A stretch of DNA of 64,000 nt from NCBI GenBank assembly GCA_963723515.1, contig CAVRQT010000002.1:128001-192000 (forward strand), given 5' to 3'. Under the pieces are notes generated by a model that was not told the origin of the DNA, did no database searches, and saw only the letters and a list, made by a program, of their open reading frames with translations. The stretch is from Vulcanimicrobiota bacterium (GTDB taxonomy: Bacteria > Vulcanimicrobiota > Vulcanimicrobiia > Vulcanimicrobiales > Vulcanimicrobiaceae). The first letter of the stretch is position 1; every line of letters starts with the position of its first letter. Shown one piece after another: positions 10,285 through 22,959 of the stretch. Made by a program: the position numbers and the translations under genes.

Positions 10285-11286
10285 ATGAACTATAAGAATT
10301 ACTACGACATTCTCGGTGTTCCGAAGAATGCGCCGGAAAAAGACATTAAATCGGCGTATCGCAAGCTCGCGCGCAAATGGCACCCGGATGCAAATCCGCA
10401 AAACGCTCAACAGGCGGAAGAAAAATTTAAGGACATCCAAGAGGCCTACGAGGTCTTAAGCGATCCGGAAAAACGCCGCAAGTACGATGTCCTGGGAAGC
10501 AATTGGCAGCAAGCCGCGCAGCAGGCCGAACAGCAACGCCGCTATCGCACCGCGCAAGGCGAGACCGTTTTCGATTTCGGGGATCTCGGCGGCGCCAGCG
10601 GGTTCTCCGATTTCTTCGACATGTTTTTCTCAGGCGTCGGACGGCGGCCGTCAGCGGGCCGCACCGCTGGCGTTGCGCAGCGCGGTCAAGATCTCGAAAC
10701 GACGATCGACCTTGCGCTGCGCGACGTATTCAGCGGCGGCAAGAAAGCCGTCTCGCTTCAAATTGAAGATCTCTGTCCGACATGTCGCGGCACCGGAACC
10801 CATGGCGGTGAACTCTGTCCGCAATGTCATGGAACGGGACGGCTCCTCAAGAACAAGCGGTTCGATGTGACGATCCCGCGCGGCGTGCGCGAGGGGCAAC
10901 GAATCCGCCTTGCCGGTCAGGGCGGCAGCGGAATCAACGGCGGCCCCGACGGCGACCTCTATTTGGTCGTCAAGTTGCAGGATGATCCGACATACAAACG
11001 TCGCGGCGACGATCTCTTCGTCGATCTGCCGGTAAGCATCTACGATCTGGTACTTGGCGGCGACGTGAGCGTCCCGACGCTGACGGGCCAAGTTCGCATG
11101 ACCATTCCACCCGGAACGCAGAACAACCGAACGCTCCGGCTTTCCGGAAAAGGCATGCCGAAATCGCGCAATGGCGGCACCGGCGATCAATATGTCCGTT
11201 TGCTGGGGCAGCTGCCGCAAAATCTGACTGAAAAAGAGAGAAAGCTCTATTCTGAGCTAGCGGCATTGCGCAACGGCAAGCCGTAA
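10285..11286 (+). CDS. dnaJ: DnaJ-family co-chaperone (J domain, two CxxCxGxG motifs, C-terminal domain)
   Basis: YYDILGV, HPD motif, CPTCRGTG and [12 protein letters not shown]. Confidence 0.9.
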   Translation: MNYKNYYDILGVPKNAPEKDIKSAYRKLARKWHPDANPQNAQQAEEKFKDIQEAYEVLSDPEKRRKYDVLGSNWQQAAQQAEQQRRYRTAQGETVFDFGDLGGASGFSDFFDMFFSGVGRRPSAGRTAGVAQRGQDLETTIDLALRDVFSGGKKAVSLQIEDLCPTCRGTGTHGGELCPQCHGTGRLLKNKRFDVTIPRGVREGQRIRLAGQGGSGINGGPDGDLYLVVKLQDDPTYKRRGDDLFVDLPVSIYDLVLGGDVSVPTLTGQVRMTIPPGTQNNRTLRLSGKGMPKSRNGGTGDQYVRLLGQLPQNLTEKERKLYSELAALRNGKP

Positions 11287-11295
11287 AATAAGGTA

Positions 11296-13110
11296 ATGCT
11301 CGGCGGACCGCCCGTTCACTTGATGTGGTCGGGGACCTATCGACCGGATAAGCCGCAAGTCGGCAAAGTTGAATTGCGCCGCATCGGCGCTTTTTTCGCG
11401 CCCTATTGGAAGCAAGAAACGATCGTGCTGGTCTGCATGCTGCTCGTCTCGTTGCTTGGACTCATACCGGCGATTATCACCGCATGGATCATCGACCGAG
11501 CGATTCCGCATCACAATCTTCGTGAGTTGGGCTGGTACGTTGGGCTGATCGCGGGCTCCGCACTGATCGCAATGCTGATCGGCGTCTATCAGGGTTACCT
11601 AAACTCGGTTGTCGGCGAAGGCATCATGCGCGACATTCGCACGCGACTTGTGGCGCATCTCCATAAGATGGCGCTTTCGTTCTTCACGAACACGAAGACC
11701 GGCGAGATCATGAATCGCGTCTCCAACGATGTCGACAACATCGACAACGTCGTCACCGGAACGCTCGTAACGATCATCACGAACGTCTTAACGATCGTCA
11801 CGACGCTCGTTACGATGTTCCTGATTAATTGGCGTCTGTCGCTGCTGGCAATCGCGGTCGTGCCGTTGATGATTTTGCCGCTTGCACCGGTCGGTCGCAA
11901 GATGTACGAAATTCGTAAGCGCACACGAGAAAAACGCGACGAGATTGAGAGCATCACGCAAGAAACGCTCTCGATTTCGGGCATCACGCTGATCAAGTCG
12001 TTCGCGCGCGAGAATTACGAACGATCGCGTTTCTACGACGTCGGCACGCGCTTGATGAAGCTAGAGATTTCCCTCGCGATGGTCGGGCGGTGGTTCATCG
12101 GCGCGATCGGCGCGATGGTCGTCGTCGGGCCGGCGATCGTTTGGTTCGGCGGGGGCTGGCTCGCGATTCGCGGATCGCTCACGACCGGCATCATCGTCGC
12201 CTTCGTTAGCTTAATTGTGTCGCGACTTTACGGGCCGGCAGCAGCGCTCGCCGGCATTCAAGTCCAAATCGTTAGTGCGTTAGCCGTCTTTGAGCGTATC
12301 TTCGACTACCTCGACATGCAGCCGGAACCATACGTCGCGCCCGGCGCAATTGCGTTGGAGCATCTCCGCGGCGACATCCGGTTCCAAGATGTTTATTTTT
12401 CGTACACCGGCGATCGCACCGCGCTCGACGGGGTGAATCTCCATATCGAGCCGGGGCAAGCGGCGGCGTTTGTCGGCCCATCCGGTGCCGGCAAAACGAC
12501 GATCACGCAGCTCGTGCCTCGCTTCTACGATCCGCAGCACGGACACGTTTTGATCGATGGGCACGATGCGCGCGCGCTCACGCTCGAATCGCTTCGCCGC
12601 GACATCGGCATCGTGGCGCAAGAGACGTACCTCTTCCACGACACGATCGCGAACAATCTGCGCTACGCAAAGACCGACGCAACGCAGCCTGAATTGGAAA
12701 CTGCGGCGCGCGCCGCCAACATTCACGATTTCATCATGCGTCTGCCCGAGCGGTATGACACGATCGTCGGCGAGCGTGGACACAAACTGAGCGGTGGGGA
12801 ACGCCAGCGATTGGCGATCGCCCGCGTGCTGCTAAAAGATCCGCGTATTTTGATCTTGGATGAAGCGACGAGCTCGCTCGACTCGATCAACGAAGCGGCG
12901 ATTCAGGCGGCGCTGATCGCTTGCATGCAGGGACGGACAAGTCTCGTGATCGCGCACCGGCTCTCGACGATTCTCTCAGCGGATGTCATCTTCGTCATCG
13001 ACAACGGACGAATCGTAGAAAGCGGCACGCATCCGGTGCTGCTCGCGCGCAACGGCGAATACGCGCATCTTTATCGCAAGCAATTCCGAGAGGAGGCCAT
13101 CGCAACCTAA
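11296..13110 (+). CDS. ABC exporter, fused permease/ATPase
   Basis: TM N-terminal domain; GPSGAGKT, LSGGERQR, ILDEATS. Confidence 0.95.
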   Translation: MLGGPPVHLMWSGTYRPDKPQVGKVELRRIGAFFAPYWKQETIVLVCMLLVSLLGLIPAIITAWIIDRAIPHHNLRELGWYVGLIAGSALIAMLIGVYQGYLNSVVGEGIMRDIRTRLVAHLHKMALSFFTNTKTGEIMNRVSNDVDNIDNVVTGTLVTIITNVLTIVTTLVTMFLINWRLSLLAIAVVPLMILPLAPVGRKMYEIRKRTREKRDEIESITQETLSISGITLIKSFARENYERSRFYDVGTRLMKLEISLAMVGRWFIGAIGAMVVVGPAIVWFGGGWLAIRGSLTTGIIVAFVSLIVSRLYGPAAALAGIQVQIVSALAVFERIFDYLDMQPEPYVAPGAIALEHLRGDIRFQDVYFSYTGDRTALDGVNLHIEPGQAAAFVGPSGAGKTTITQLVPRFYDPQHGHVLIDGHDARALTLESLRRDIGIVAQETYLFHDTIANNLRYAKTDATQPELETAARAANIHDFIMRLPERYDTIVGERGHKLSGGERQRLAIARVLLKDPRILILDEATSSLDSINEAAIQAALIACMQGRTSLVIAHRLSTILSADVIFVIDNGRIVESGTHPVLLARNGEYAHLYRKQFREEAIAT

Positions 13111-13113
13111 GAA

Positions 13114-13579
13114 ATGGCAGAAAAACCGCAAACCGTCGATCGATACCTTAAAGCGCTGAGCCCTGAAAAACGAGCCGCGCTGGAGAAGCTGCGCAAAGAC
13201 ATCAAGTCAGCTGCGCCAGCAAGCCGAAGAATGCATCGCTTACGGAATTCCGACGTTCCGCCTCAACGGCAAGATGCTCGTTTCGTTTGCGGCGCATGCG
13301 AAGCACTGCGCATTCTATCCCGGCGCGGAACCACTCCGCGAGCATAAAGATGCGCTGAAAGCGTACAGCACTGAGAAAGGCACGGTCCGTTTTGACGCGG
13401 CGAAGCCGTTGCCCACGACCTTAGTCCGCAAACTCGTGAAGACCCGCGCGACCCAAGTCAGCGGCGAAACGAAGTCCGTTAAGACAAAAGGCACGTCAAC
13501 GAAACGCAAATCCAGCAGGCGGAAATCTCGAGCAGCTGAGATAGTCCCTGGTGTCATACTGAGCTTACCACGTGCTTGA
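13114..13579 (+). CDS. DUF1801/YdhG-like protein; frameshift near 13220
   Basis: TVDRYL...LEKLR..I...AP joined to FAAHAKHCAFYP...KGTVRF...PLP..LVRKLVK. Confidence 0.75.
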
Positions 13580-13619
13580 TCGCCGATGGTCGCGGTGCTC
13601 GAGAGTCTCAGCGTGACAG
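13542..13619. repeat. Degenerate inverted pair of REP-like units overlapping the DUF1801 3' end
   Basis: TAGTCCCTGGTGTCATACTGAGCTT...CTCAGCGTGACAG. Confidence 0.6.
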
Positions 13620-13623
13620 TGGT

Positions 13624-14301
13624 TTACGTATGCGCCGGAACTTTGTGCAGACGCATGACCATCGGTTCGACCGGCACTTGCAATGGCGGCTCCGTCGCCG
13701 TTTTACTTCTCTACCGTTACATCGGGCGCTAACTCGCGCAGATAGAGTCCATCCGGCTCAACGTCGATCACCGCCATATCGGTGATGATCCGCTGCACGA
13801 CGTGTTTGCCGGTCAGCGGCAGCGAACATCGGTTCGACGATCTTATGAGCGCCGCCTTTGGCGACGTGCTCCATCATCACGATCACGCGCTTTGCGCCGT
13901 GCACGAGGTCCATGGCGCCGCCCATTCCCTTCACCATCTTGCCGGGAATCATCCAATTGGCAAGATCGCCATCTTTGGAAACTTGCATCGCGCCCAAGAT
14001 CGCAACGTCGATATGCCCGCCGCGGATGATGCCAAACGACGCTGCGGAATCGAAGAATGAAGCACCCGGCAACACCGTCACCGTTTCTTTGCCCGCGTTG
14101 ATCAGGTCCGCATCTTCCTCACCCTCAAACGGATACGGACCCATGCCCAAGATGCCGTTCTCGCTTTGCAAAATGACCGTCACACCTTCGGGCACGTAAT
14201 TCGGAACAAGCGTCGGCAAACCGATGCCCAGGTTCACGTACTGATTGTCTTCGAGCTCTTGCGCGACGCGTTCGCGCCAGCTCGTTGCGCGATAAGGTCA
14301 T
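13624..14301 (-). CDS. scoB: 3-oxoacid CoA-transferase subunit B; several frameshifts
   Basis: [15 protein letters not shown] (catalytic Glu), [15 protein letters not shown]. Confidence 0.9.
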
Positions 14302-15060
14302 GCGGCTCGCTGTTCGCTTGCGCGTGGTTACGCGCTCGATCCGCTTCCCTTGCGGGCCGACGATAACGACTCGCTGTACAAAAATCCCCGGCGTATGAAC
14401 CTCTTCCGGACGTAACTCGGCCGGTTCGACCAGTTCTTCCACCTCCGCAATTGTGATACGGCCCGCCGCCGCGCATAACGGATTGAAATTGCGCGTCGTC
14501 TTGTCGTAGACGAGGTTGCCGTATCGATCGCCCTTTGTCGCGCGCACCAGCGCGAAATCGCAAATGATTCCCTCTTCGAGCACGTAATCGCGTCCCTTGA
14601 ACCGGCGCGTTTCTTTTTTCGGCGACGGCTTCTCGATCGAACCGTCCGCCTTATGTTTGAGCGGCAACCCGCCCTCAGCTACTTGCGTACCGACACCCGC
14701 CGGCGTAAAAAATGCCGGAATGCCAGCCCCACCCGCGCGCAGTCGCTCGGCGAGCGTTCCCTGCGGCACGAGCTCGACTTCGAGTTCCCCGTGCAGATAT
14801 TGGCGCTCAAACTCGCGATTCTCACCGACATACGAGCCGGTCGTGCGGCGGATGCGCTTGTGGTCGAGCAGCACGCCCAAACCCCAGCCGTCAACGCCGC
14901 AATTATTTGAAACGGTTACGAGATCGGTTACGCCCTGCTCGAGCAGCGCTTCAATCAGATTGTGCGGGATACCGCATAGTCCGAATCCTCCGACGGCGAT
15001 CGATGCGCCGTTCGGTATGTCCGCAACCGCTTGCGCAGCAGTTGGAACGACTTTATCCAT
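14298..15060 (-). CDS. scoA: 3-oxoacid CoA-transferase subunit A
   Basis: GGFGLCGIP, SNNCG, PQGTLAERLRAGGAGIPAF, RNFNP; 3' end uncertain. Confidence 0.92.
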
Positions 15061-15134
15061 GCGCGATAGATTGGCACTCCCAGGGTGCGCCCCTTTGCGG
15101 CGTGGAAGGCACCGCACGACAAAGGAGTTCGATC

Positions 15135-16330
15135 ATGGCAGTTGCGGCACCGTACACATCATCCGAAGAAGAGGCGATGATCCTCGATGTCGTTCGCAAG
15201 CTTGTTGCGGAAAAAGTTGCGCCGCGCGCGGCAGAGATCGATGAGAACGGCGAGTTTCCCGACGACCTTCGTCAGTTGTTCGCGCAAAACGACCTGCTCG
15301 GTATTCCGTTTCCGGCGGAATACGGCGGCCTCGGCGGTTCATTCGTCACGTACGTCAAAGTCGTTGAAGAGATCGCAAAAGCGTGTGCGTCGAGCTCGCT
15401 TGATCGTTGCGGTGCAAGAACTTGGCGCGCTGCCGATTCTGATCGGCGGCAACGAGCAACAGAAACAGCAATACATTCCCAAGCTTGCATCGGGTGAATG
15501 GATTGCCGCTTACGCGTTAACGGAGACCGGCAGCGGATCGGATGCTGCCGGCTCGATGCGTGCGCGCGCGGAGAAACGCGGCGACAAGTACATCTTAAAC
15601 GGCACGAAGATCTTCATCACGCACGGCAACGTGGCCGACGTCGTCTGCGCTTTTGCCGTCACCGATCCGAAGAAAGGCCCCAACGGTATCAGCGCCTTCA
15701 TTCTGGAGAAAACGTTTCCGGGATTTGTCGTCGGCAAGCGCGAGAAGAAAATGGGCATTCGGGGTTCACCGACCGTCGAGCTCGTCTTTGAGAACTGCGA
15801 AGTTCCGGCCGAAAATCTGCTCGGCCAAGAAGGCGAGGGCTTCAAGATCGCGATGAAGGTGCTCGACAAATCGCGACCCGGCATCGCCGCGCAGGCGCTT
15901 GGGATCGCGGCCGGCGCGCTCGACTTCGCTACGAACTACGCGCAGGAACGCATCGCTTTCGGCAAGCCGATCGGCCAGCAGCAGGGCGTGCGGTTTTTTG
16001 CTTGCCGACATGAAGACCGAAGTTGAAGCCGCGCGTCTGCTAGTCTACGAGTGCGCGCGCAAATGCGACGAAAATGCGCCGGACGTGAGCCTTTGGGCCG
16101 CGATGTGCAAATTGAAAGCGGGCGACGTCGCGATGCAAGTCACAACCGATGCGGTCCAGATTTTAGGCGGTTACGGGTACTCAACGGAGTATCCGGTCGA
16201 GCGCATGATGCGCGACGCCAAGATCACGCAAATATATGAAGGTACGCAGCAAATTCAGCGGCTTGTCATCTCGCGGGCCTTGGTCGGCAAGTGGAAGCCG
16301 CCCGCCGACGGGGCGACCAACCGAGGCTAG
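15135..16330 (+). CDS. Acyl-CoA dehydrogenase; frameshifts near 15400 and 16000
   Basis: [50 protein letters not shown]. Confidence 0.92.
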
Positions 16331-16538
16331 CCTATCGGCTCCAAGGGGACGACGGCAATGGGGCCCGGGCTCCAGGCATGACGTAAGGTGTGATGCCACA
16401 CGAAACGAACTTTGCGGCCGGTCCTCACGTTTCTCTAGTGTAGACCTCTATAGAGAAAAAAGAGGAAAACGCTTCACGGGCTCTTCCGAGAACCCGTGAT
16501 ATTTTATGTCCCATTCTAAACCGAAAGGGGGGTTAAAA

Positions 16539-16759
16539 TTGAACAAGCTGATCGCATCCTTGATTGCGGCAGCGTTCCTGCTCACGGGTTCAGCCATGGC
16601 ATCGACCAAACCGATGACCGCGACGAAGCACGTGAAGACACACGCTGCTGCACATAAGACGCATATTCAGAAGATGCTGCAAAGAAGACGACGAGCAAGA
16701 AGCCGTCAACGAGCAAGAAGCCGACCAAGAAAGCCGGCAAGAAGACGACTCACAAGTAA
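16539..16759 (+). CDS. Small exported Lys/His/Thr-rich basic protein; one apparent missing base
   Basis: GGGGG RBS, TTG start, signal peptide NKLIASLIAAAFLLTGSAMA; tail in another frame KKTTSKKPSTSKKPTKKAGKKTTHK*; terminator follows. Confidence 0.65.
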
Positions 16760-16783
16760 CCGTCCTTATTTTTCAGTTCAAAC

Positions 16784-16812
16784 GCGCGGCATCAAACTGC
16801 CGCGCTTTTTTT
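16784..16812 (+). terminator. Rho-independent terminator
   Basis: GCGCGGCA-TCAAAC-TGCCGCGC followed by a T7 run. Confidence 0.75.
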
Positions 16813-16815
16813 GGG

Positions 16816-17619
16816 TTAGCCCCCCACCGAAACGGGGGCGTGCCCGAAGAGCGGCGGGATAAACCGTCCCGCGAGATACGCAATCGCGAACACCGCAGCG
16901 CCGAAGAGAACGATCTCCATTCCCTTGAGGAAAGGATTGCGTCCACTCAAACGTGCCGCGTACGCCCCGATCGCGAACAGCCCGATAACCGCGAGCACGA
17001 GCCCTACGATCGACGCGACGTTCGCCGATGCCGTAAAGAAATACGGCACGATCGGAATCAGCGAGCCGGCCGCATAGGATGCCGCCATTGAAAAGACCGG
17101 GCGCAAACTGCGATCTTTCGCCACGCGTGGATCGATGCCGAACTCATCGCGCATCATTTCGTAGAGATAAATCTCGGGGTTTTGAGCGAGCCGGCTCACG
17201 ATCATATGAGCTTCATCCGAGCTAAAGCCTTTTAACTTATAGTAAGCGACTTGTTCGGCGAACTCGTCTTGCGGATGCTCGTCCATCTCCGCCTTCTCCA
17301 TGTCGATCGTTGCTTGCACGACCTCGCGCTCCGACTTGCCGCCGAGATACTGGCCTACACCCATGGAGAGGGAGCCTGCCAAGAGCGCCAGTAGGCCGGT
17401 AATGATTACGGTTGGCCGGTGCGCCGCCGCAACGCCAACGCCGGTGACGATCCCAAGCGTCGTGAGGATTCCGTCTTGCACGCCGAAGACGATCTCGCGA
17501 ATGCTGCGCTGCTGTTCGAGTTGGCGGCGTTGCGCCGTGTCGGGAATGCGCGGCTTGACGGAGCGCCAGCCCGGCACATCGACGACGACTTCCTGCGGAA
17601 TGCCATGGATGCGCTTCAT
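16816..17619 (-). CDS. VIT1/CCC1 family iron/manganese transporter
   Basis: IREIVFGVQDGILT, AGSLSMGVGQYL motifs; start taken at ATG 17619. Confidence 0.88.
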   Translation of the reverse strand: MKRIHGIPQEVVVDVPGWRSVKPRIPDTAQRRQLEQQRSIREIVFGVQDGILTTLGIVTGVGVAAAHRPTVIITGLLALLAGSLSMGVGQYLGGKSEREVVQATIDMEKAEMDEHPQDEFAEQVAYYKLKGFSSDEAHMIVSRLAQNPEIYLYEMMRDEFGIDPRVAKDRSLRPVFSMAASYAAGSLIPIVPYFFTASANVASIVGLVLAVIGLFAIGAYAARLSGRNPFLKGMEIVLFGAAVFAIAYLAGRFIPPLFGHAPVSVGG

Positions 17620-17690
17620 GTTGTTGTCATACCACAAAACGCGTGCCTTGAGCCACCGGGACGCAGCGGGAATGAGACGAAGTCGTTTGC

Positions 17691-18191
17691 ATGGTCGAAG
17701 AAGATCCCGAACCGAATCCAATCGTTGCCGCAGCGATGCGCATACGCGCCCGACGCGATCTCGGCGCGGAGATCGATTCGGCGACTTCCAACGAGAAGGC
17801 GACCTACGAGGATGCCGAGCATTCGCTACGGGCCTTCGCCGAGGCGTTAAAAAGCGGCATCACGCGGCTCAATGCGATTCTCGGCAAAGAGGGCGTCAAG
17901 TTGATCACTCTCGATCGGCCGTTGCGAATTCGCCTTCGATTTCGCACCGAACGCGTTGCTCTAGACCTCGATGAGGTCCATCAACTGGTGCGCGTTGAGG
18001 GCCTGGACTTGGAGGGCGAATATCAATTTGACCCCGATGCGCCGTCGCCCGCACTGATCAACCTTTCAAAGATTTCAACGGAAGCCGGCTACGGCGAACG
18101 GCTGACCGCCGCATCGCTCTTAAAGCGGGTGGCGTCCGGCGCCGAGCTGCCGCGCCCGGCCCACTTGGATGAACCGCCGCTGAAATTCTAA
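17691..18191 (+). CDS. Hypothetical protein
   Basis: 166-aa ORF with normal composition filling the gap; no family recognised. Confidence 0.65.
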   Translation: MVEEDPEPNPIVAAAMRIRARRDLGAEIDSATSNEKATYEDAEHSLRAFAEALKSGITRLNAILGKEGVKLITLDRPLRIRLRFRTERVALDLDEVHQLVRVEGLDLEGEYQFDPDAPSPALINLSKISTEAGYGERLTAASLLKRVASGAELPRPAHLDEPPLKF

Positions 18192-18892
18192 GCGCGCTTG
18201 CGACGCTGCCGCGCCTGCTGTGCAGTCAGCTTGCTGATGATCGGCGGGGTCGGGCAAAGCCGATTGAGAGGACAGATGCCGCAACGCGGGACGGGCGCTT
18301 TGCAGATTTCTCTCCCGTGCAAAATCAGCCAGTGATGCGCATGACGCCAATTTTCCCGCGGAACGATCCTCTCTAAATCGTTCTCGACGTCCCGCGGCGT
18401 CTTGCCGAGCGTCAGCCCAAGCCGATGTGCAACGCGAAACACATGCGTGTCGACTGCAATCGCCGCGCCTTCGAACGCTACGGACATCACGACGTTGGCA
18501 GTTTTGCGCCCGACCCCCGGCAACGCTTCGAGTGCTTCACGCTCGCTCGGCACATTGCCGCCGTGTTCCTCGACGATCTTTCGCGCCGCCGCAATGACGT
18601 TCTTGGACTTCATTCGGAAGAACCCGCACGCATGAATGATTTTCTCGACATCATGTTGGCGAGCCGCAGCGAGTTTCTGCGGCGTAGGATACTTCTTGAA
18701 GAGCGCCGGAGTCGTCATATTGACGCGTGCATCGGTGCTCTGCGCCGACAAAATGACGGCCACGAGCAGCTCGAACGGATCGTTGTAGCGGAGCGCCGTG
18801 ACCGCATTCGGATAGCTCTGTTCTAATATCGCGAGCATTTTGAGCGCTTTGGAGCGCGGCACTTTTTTGTGCGGAAACGGAATACGCGGCAT
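18188..18892 (-). CDS. nth: Endonuclease III
   Basis: LVAVILSAQSTD, LPGVGRKTAN (HhH), VDTHV, CxxxxxxCxxCxxxxxC Fe-S motif. Confidence 0.96.
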   Translation of the reverse strand: MPRIPFPHKKVPRSKALKMLAILEQSYPNAVTALRYNDPFELLVAVILSAQSTDARVNMTTPALFKKYPTPQKLAAARQHDVEKIIHACGFFRMKSKNVIAAARKIVEEHGGNVPSEREALEALPGVGRKTANVVMSVAFEGAAIAVDTHVFRVAHRLGLTLGKTPRDVENDLERIVPRENWRHAHHWLILHGREICKAPVPRCGICPLNRLCPTPPIISKLTAQQARQRRKRA

Positions 18893-18896
18893 CTTT

Positions 18897-19781
18897 TCAG
18901 TCGCTTAAGGCAACGCGGTCGCCGTGGCGCTGAACGATTCCGTCGCGCTCCAATTCTCTGAGGAGCGGCTCAACGAAATCGAGCGACGCGTTCGAAAGCA
19001 TGCCTTCAAGATCGGCATGTAAATCCAAGAGCGATATCGCCTGACCTGAGGGCAGCGCACGAAGCCGATCCACGATACGTCCCCGCGCATGGCGCGTCGT
19101 CAAAGCAAACGGAATGCGCTCTTGCAGAGACTTCGCCCGGCGGCGATGCGAGGGGAACGGTGCGGCCGCGCAGTCGGCCTGAACCGGACATCGTTCGCAC
19201 GCCGGTGCGCGCGCCGTGCAGACCAGCGCACCGAGATCCATCAGCGCGGAATTCCACGCATAGGCGCGCCCGGCCGGCAGCATCTTCATCGCTCGTGCCT
19301 TCAACTTGCGCTCCGCTGCTGCCGTCGACGAATGGCTGCCTCGAAAGATCCGCTGCATGACGCGCCTGACGTTGGCATCGATCGCGACGTCATCGTGCTC
19401 GAATGCAAAGACACGTAACGCCGCAGCGGTGTATTCGCCGACGCCCGGCAGTGCGAGCAACGCTTCCTTGTTGTTCGGCAAGACGCCGCCGTAGCGCCGC
19501 ACGACTTCGTGCGCGATCCGTTTGAGTCGGACCGCTCGCAGGTTGTAGCCCAATCCCTTCCAGGCGCGAACCACATCGGCCGTCGATGCCGCCGCAAGCA
19601 TGCCAAAATTGGGAAACTGCTCGATAAAACGATGGTAGGCGGGGATGACGCGCTCCACCTGGGTCTGCTGCAACATCAATTCGCTGACCAGAATTCGATA
19701 CGGATCGCGCGTTTGGCGCCACGGCAGCGATTTACGCCCATCTCGAGCAAACCAGGACAGCAGAGCGCGCTGCAACCGCAT
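18897..19781 (-). CDS. mutY: A/G-specific adenine glycosylase, short form
   Basis: LPWR, SELMLQQTQV, WKGLGY, LPGVGEYTA, DANVRRV, 4-Cys Fe-S motif. Confidence 0.92.
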   Translation of the reverse strand: MRLQRALLSWFARDGRKSLPWRQTRDPYRILVSELMLQQTQVERVIPAYHRFIEQFPNFGMLAAASTADVVRAWKGLGYNLRAVRLKRIAHEVVRRYGGVLPNNKEALLALPGVGEYTAAALRVFAFEHDDVAIDANVRRVMQRIFRGSHSSTAAAERKLKARAMKMLPAGRAYAWNSALMDLGALVCTARAPACERCPVQADCAAAPFPSHRRRAKSLQERIPFALTTRHARGRIVDRLRALPSGQAISLLDLHADLEGMLSNASLDFVEPLLRELERDGIVQRHGDRVALSD

Positions 19782-19838
19782 TGTACGCCGATGTTTCGAA
19801 GGTACTGCAGTAGTCCTTCGTCAAGGAAATGTTGATAG

Positions 19839-21307
<1,469 letters not shown>

Positions 21308-21321
<14 letters not shown>

Positions 21322-21988
21322 GATTCGCTCGGCAAATCTGCTCGATCTTGGATTGCGTCCGTATCGAGAAGTTTGGGATTTGCAGCATGCGATTCATGAT
21401 CGCGTTGCAGACGGAAGGCAAACCGACACGTGGATCGTCGTCGAGCATCCGCCGGTCATTACGCTGGGCCGCACGGCAAAGCAGCAAAACATTTTGCTTT
21501 CGGAGCCCTTGCTCGCAGCGCGAGGCGTCGATCTCGTCCAGGTCGAGCGCGGCGGCGACGTTACGTACCATGGGCCGGGTCAACTGGTGGTCTATCCAAT
21601 CCTGCGGTTGCCGCGCTTTCGCGAAATCGTTCCGCTCGTTCGCCGCTTAGAGGGCGCCGTGATCGATGCTTGCGCCGCCTTTGGAATCCTCGGCGAACGT
21701 TGGAGCGAGCATGCCGGGGTTTGGGTTGGAAGCAATCAGATTTGTGCGTTTGGACTCGCGGTGCAGCGAATGACGTCGCTTCACGGTCTTGCGTTCAACG
21801 TCGCCACGGACCTGACGTACGATCGTTTGATCACGCCATGTGGTCTGCCCGATCGCGGCATCACGTCGATCAGCGCCGAAATTGGTCGCACCGTGCCGAT
21901 TGACGAAGCAAAGGGCGTGCTTTTGGAGTCGCTCTCGCGAGCATTTGAGGTTGAATTTACTGCGGGCGAGAAAGCCGCAACGACCTGA
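21308..21988 (+). CDS. lipB: Octanoyltransferase LipB
   Basis: EHPPVITLG, RGGDVTYHGPGQLV, HGLAFNV, PCG. Confidence 0.94.
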
Positions 21989-22884
21989 TGGCCGTGGAAA
22001 TTAATCTTCTGGAACCAACGTCCGCAGCACGGCCGGCTCACAAGCCGCCGTGGCTCAAAGTCAGCTTGCCTCACGGCGACGACTACGAACGGGTCAATGC
22101 GAAGGTCCGAACCCTCGCTCTAAACACCGTCTGCCGGGAAGCGCTGTGTCCAAATATCGCCGAGTGCTGGGGACGCGGAACGGCGACGATCATGATTCTC
22201 GGCGACACATGCACGCGCGGCTGTCGATTCTGCGCCGTGAAAACCGGCAACCCGAAGGGACACGTCGACTGGCTCGAGCCGCAGCGCGTTGCTGAGGCGG
22301 TACGCGATCTTGGATGGCGCTATCTCGTCGTTACGGCGGTCGATCGCGACGATCTGGCAGACGGCGGCGCCCTGATCTTCGCCAACACCGTTCGCGCCAT
22401 TCATGAAACCGTACCCGGAGCACGCGTTGAGGTACTGAGCGGCGACTATCGGGGCGATCTGCGCTCGCTCGATATCGTCCTCGACGCCGAGCCGGATGTC
22501 TTTGCGCATAATCTGGAGACCGTGCGACGCCTAACCCCGCGCATTCGTGACAAGCGCGCGAAGTACGATCAATCGCTGGCAATTCTGTGCCATGCGAAAC
22601 GACGCGCGCCGAAGCGTTTCACGAAGACCTCGATCATGATCGGTCTCGGCGAAGAGCAACCCGAGATCGAGCAAGCAATGGATGACGCCCGCGGCGTCGG
22701 CGTTGATATCTTTACGATCGGCCAGTATTTGCAGCCGAGTAAGCGACATCTGCCCGTAACGGACTTCGTGACGCCCGAGCGCTTCAGCGAGTTGGGCCGC
22801 GTAGCGAAGGCGAAGGGCTTCCACCAGGTCGTTTCGAGCCCGCTTTCGCGCAGCTCATATCACGCCGAGCAGGCTTTCAAGTAA
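21988..22884 (+). CDS. lipA: Lipoyl synthase
   Basis: CREALCPNIAEC, CTRGCRFC, RSSYHA. Confidence 0.96.
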   Translation: MAVEINLLEPTSAARPAHKPPWLKVSLPHGDDYERVNAKVRTLALNTVCREALCPNIAECWGRGTATIMILGDTCTRGCRFCAVKTGNPKGHVDWLEPQRVAEAVRDLGWRYLVVTAVDRDDLADGGALIFANTVRAIHETVPGARVEVLSGDYRGDLRSLDIVLDAEPDVFAHNLETVRRLTPRIRDKRAKYDQSLAILCHAKRRAPKRFTKTSIMIGLGEEQPEIEQAMDDARGVGVDIFTIGQYLQPSKRHLPVTDFVTPERFSELGRVAKAKGFHQVVSSPLSRSSYHAEQAFK

Positions 22885-22959
22885 CCGAGGACCGCTTCTC
22901 ATTCTCTTTTCAGCCGGCGACGGCACAATTGGGGCATGTCGCGGGTTTATATAGATAGC

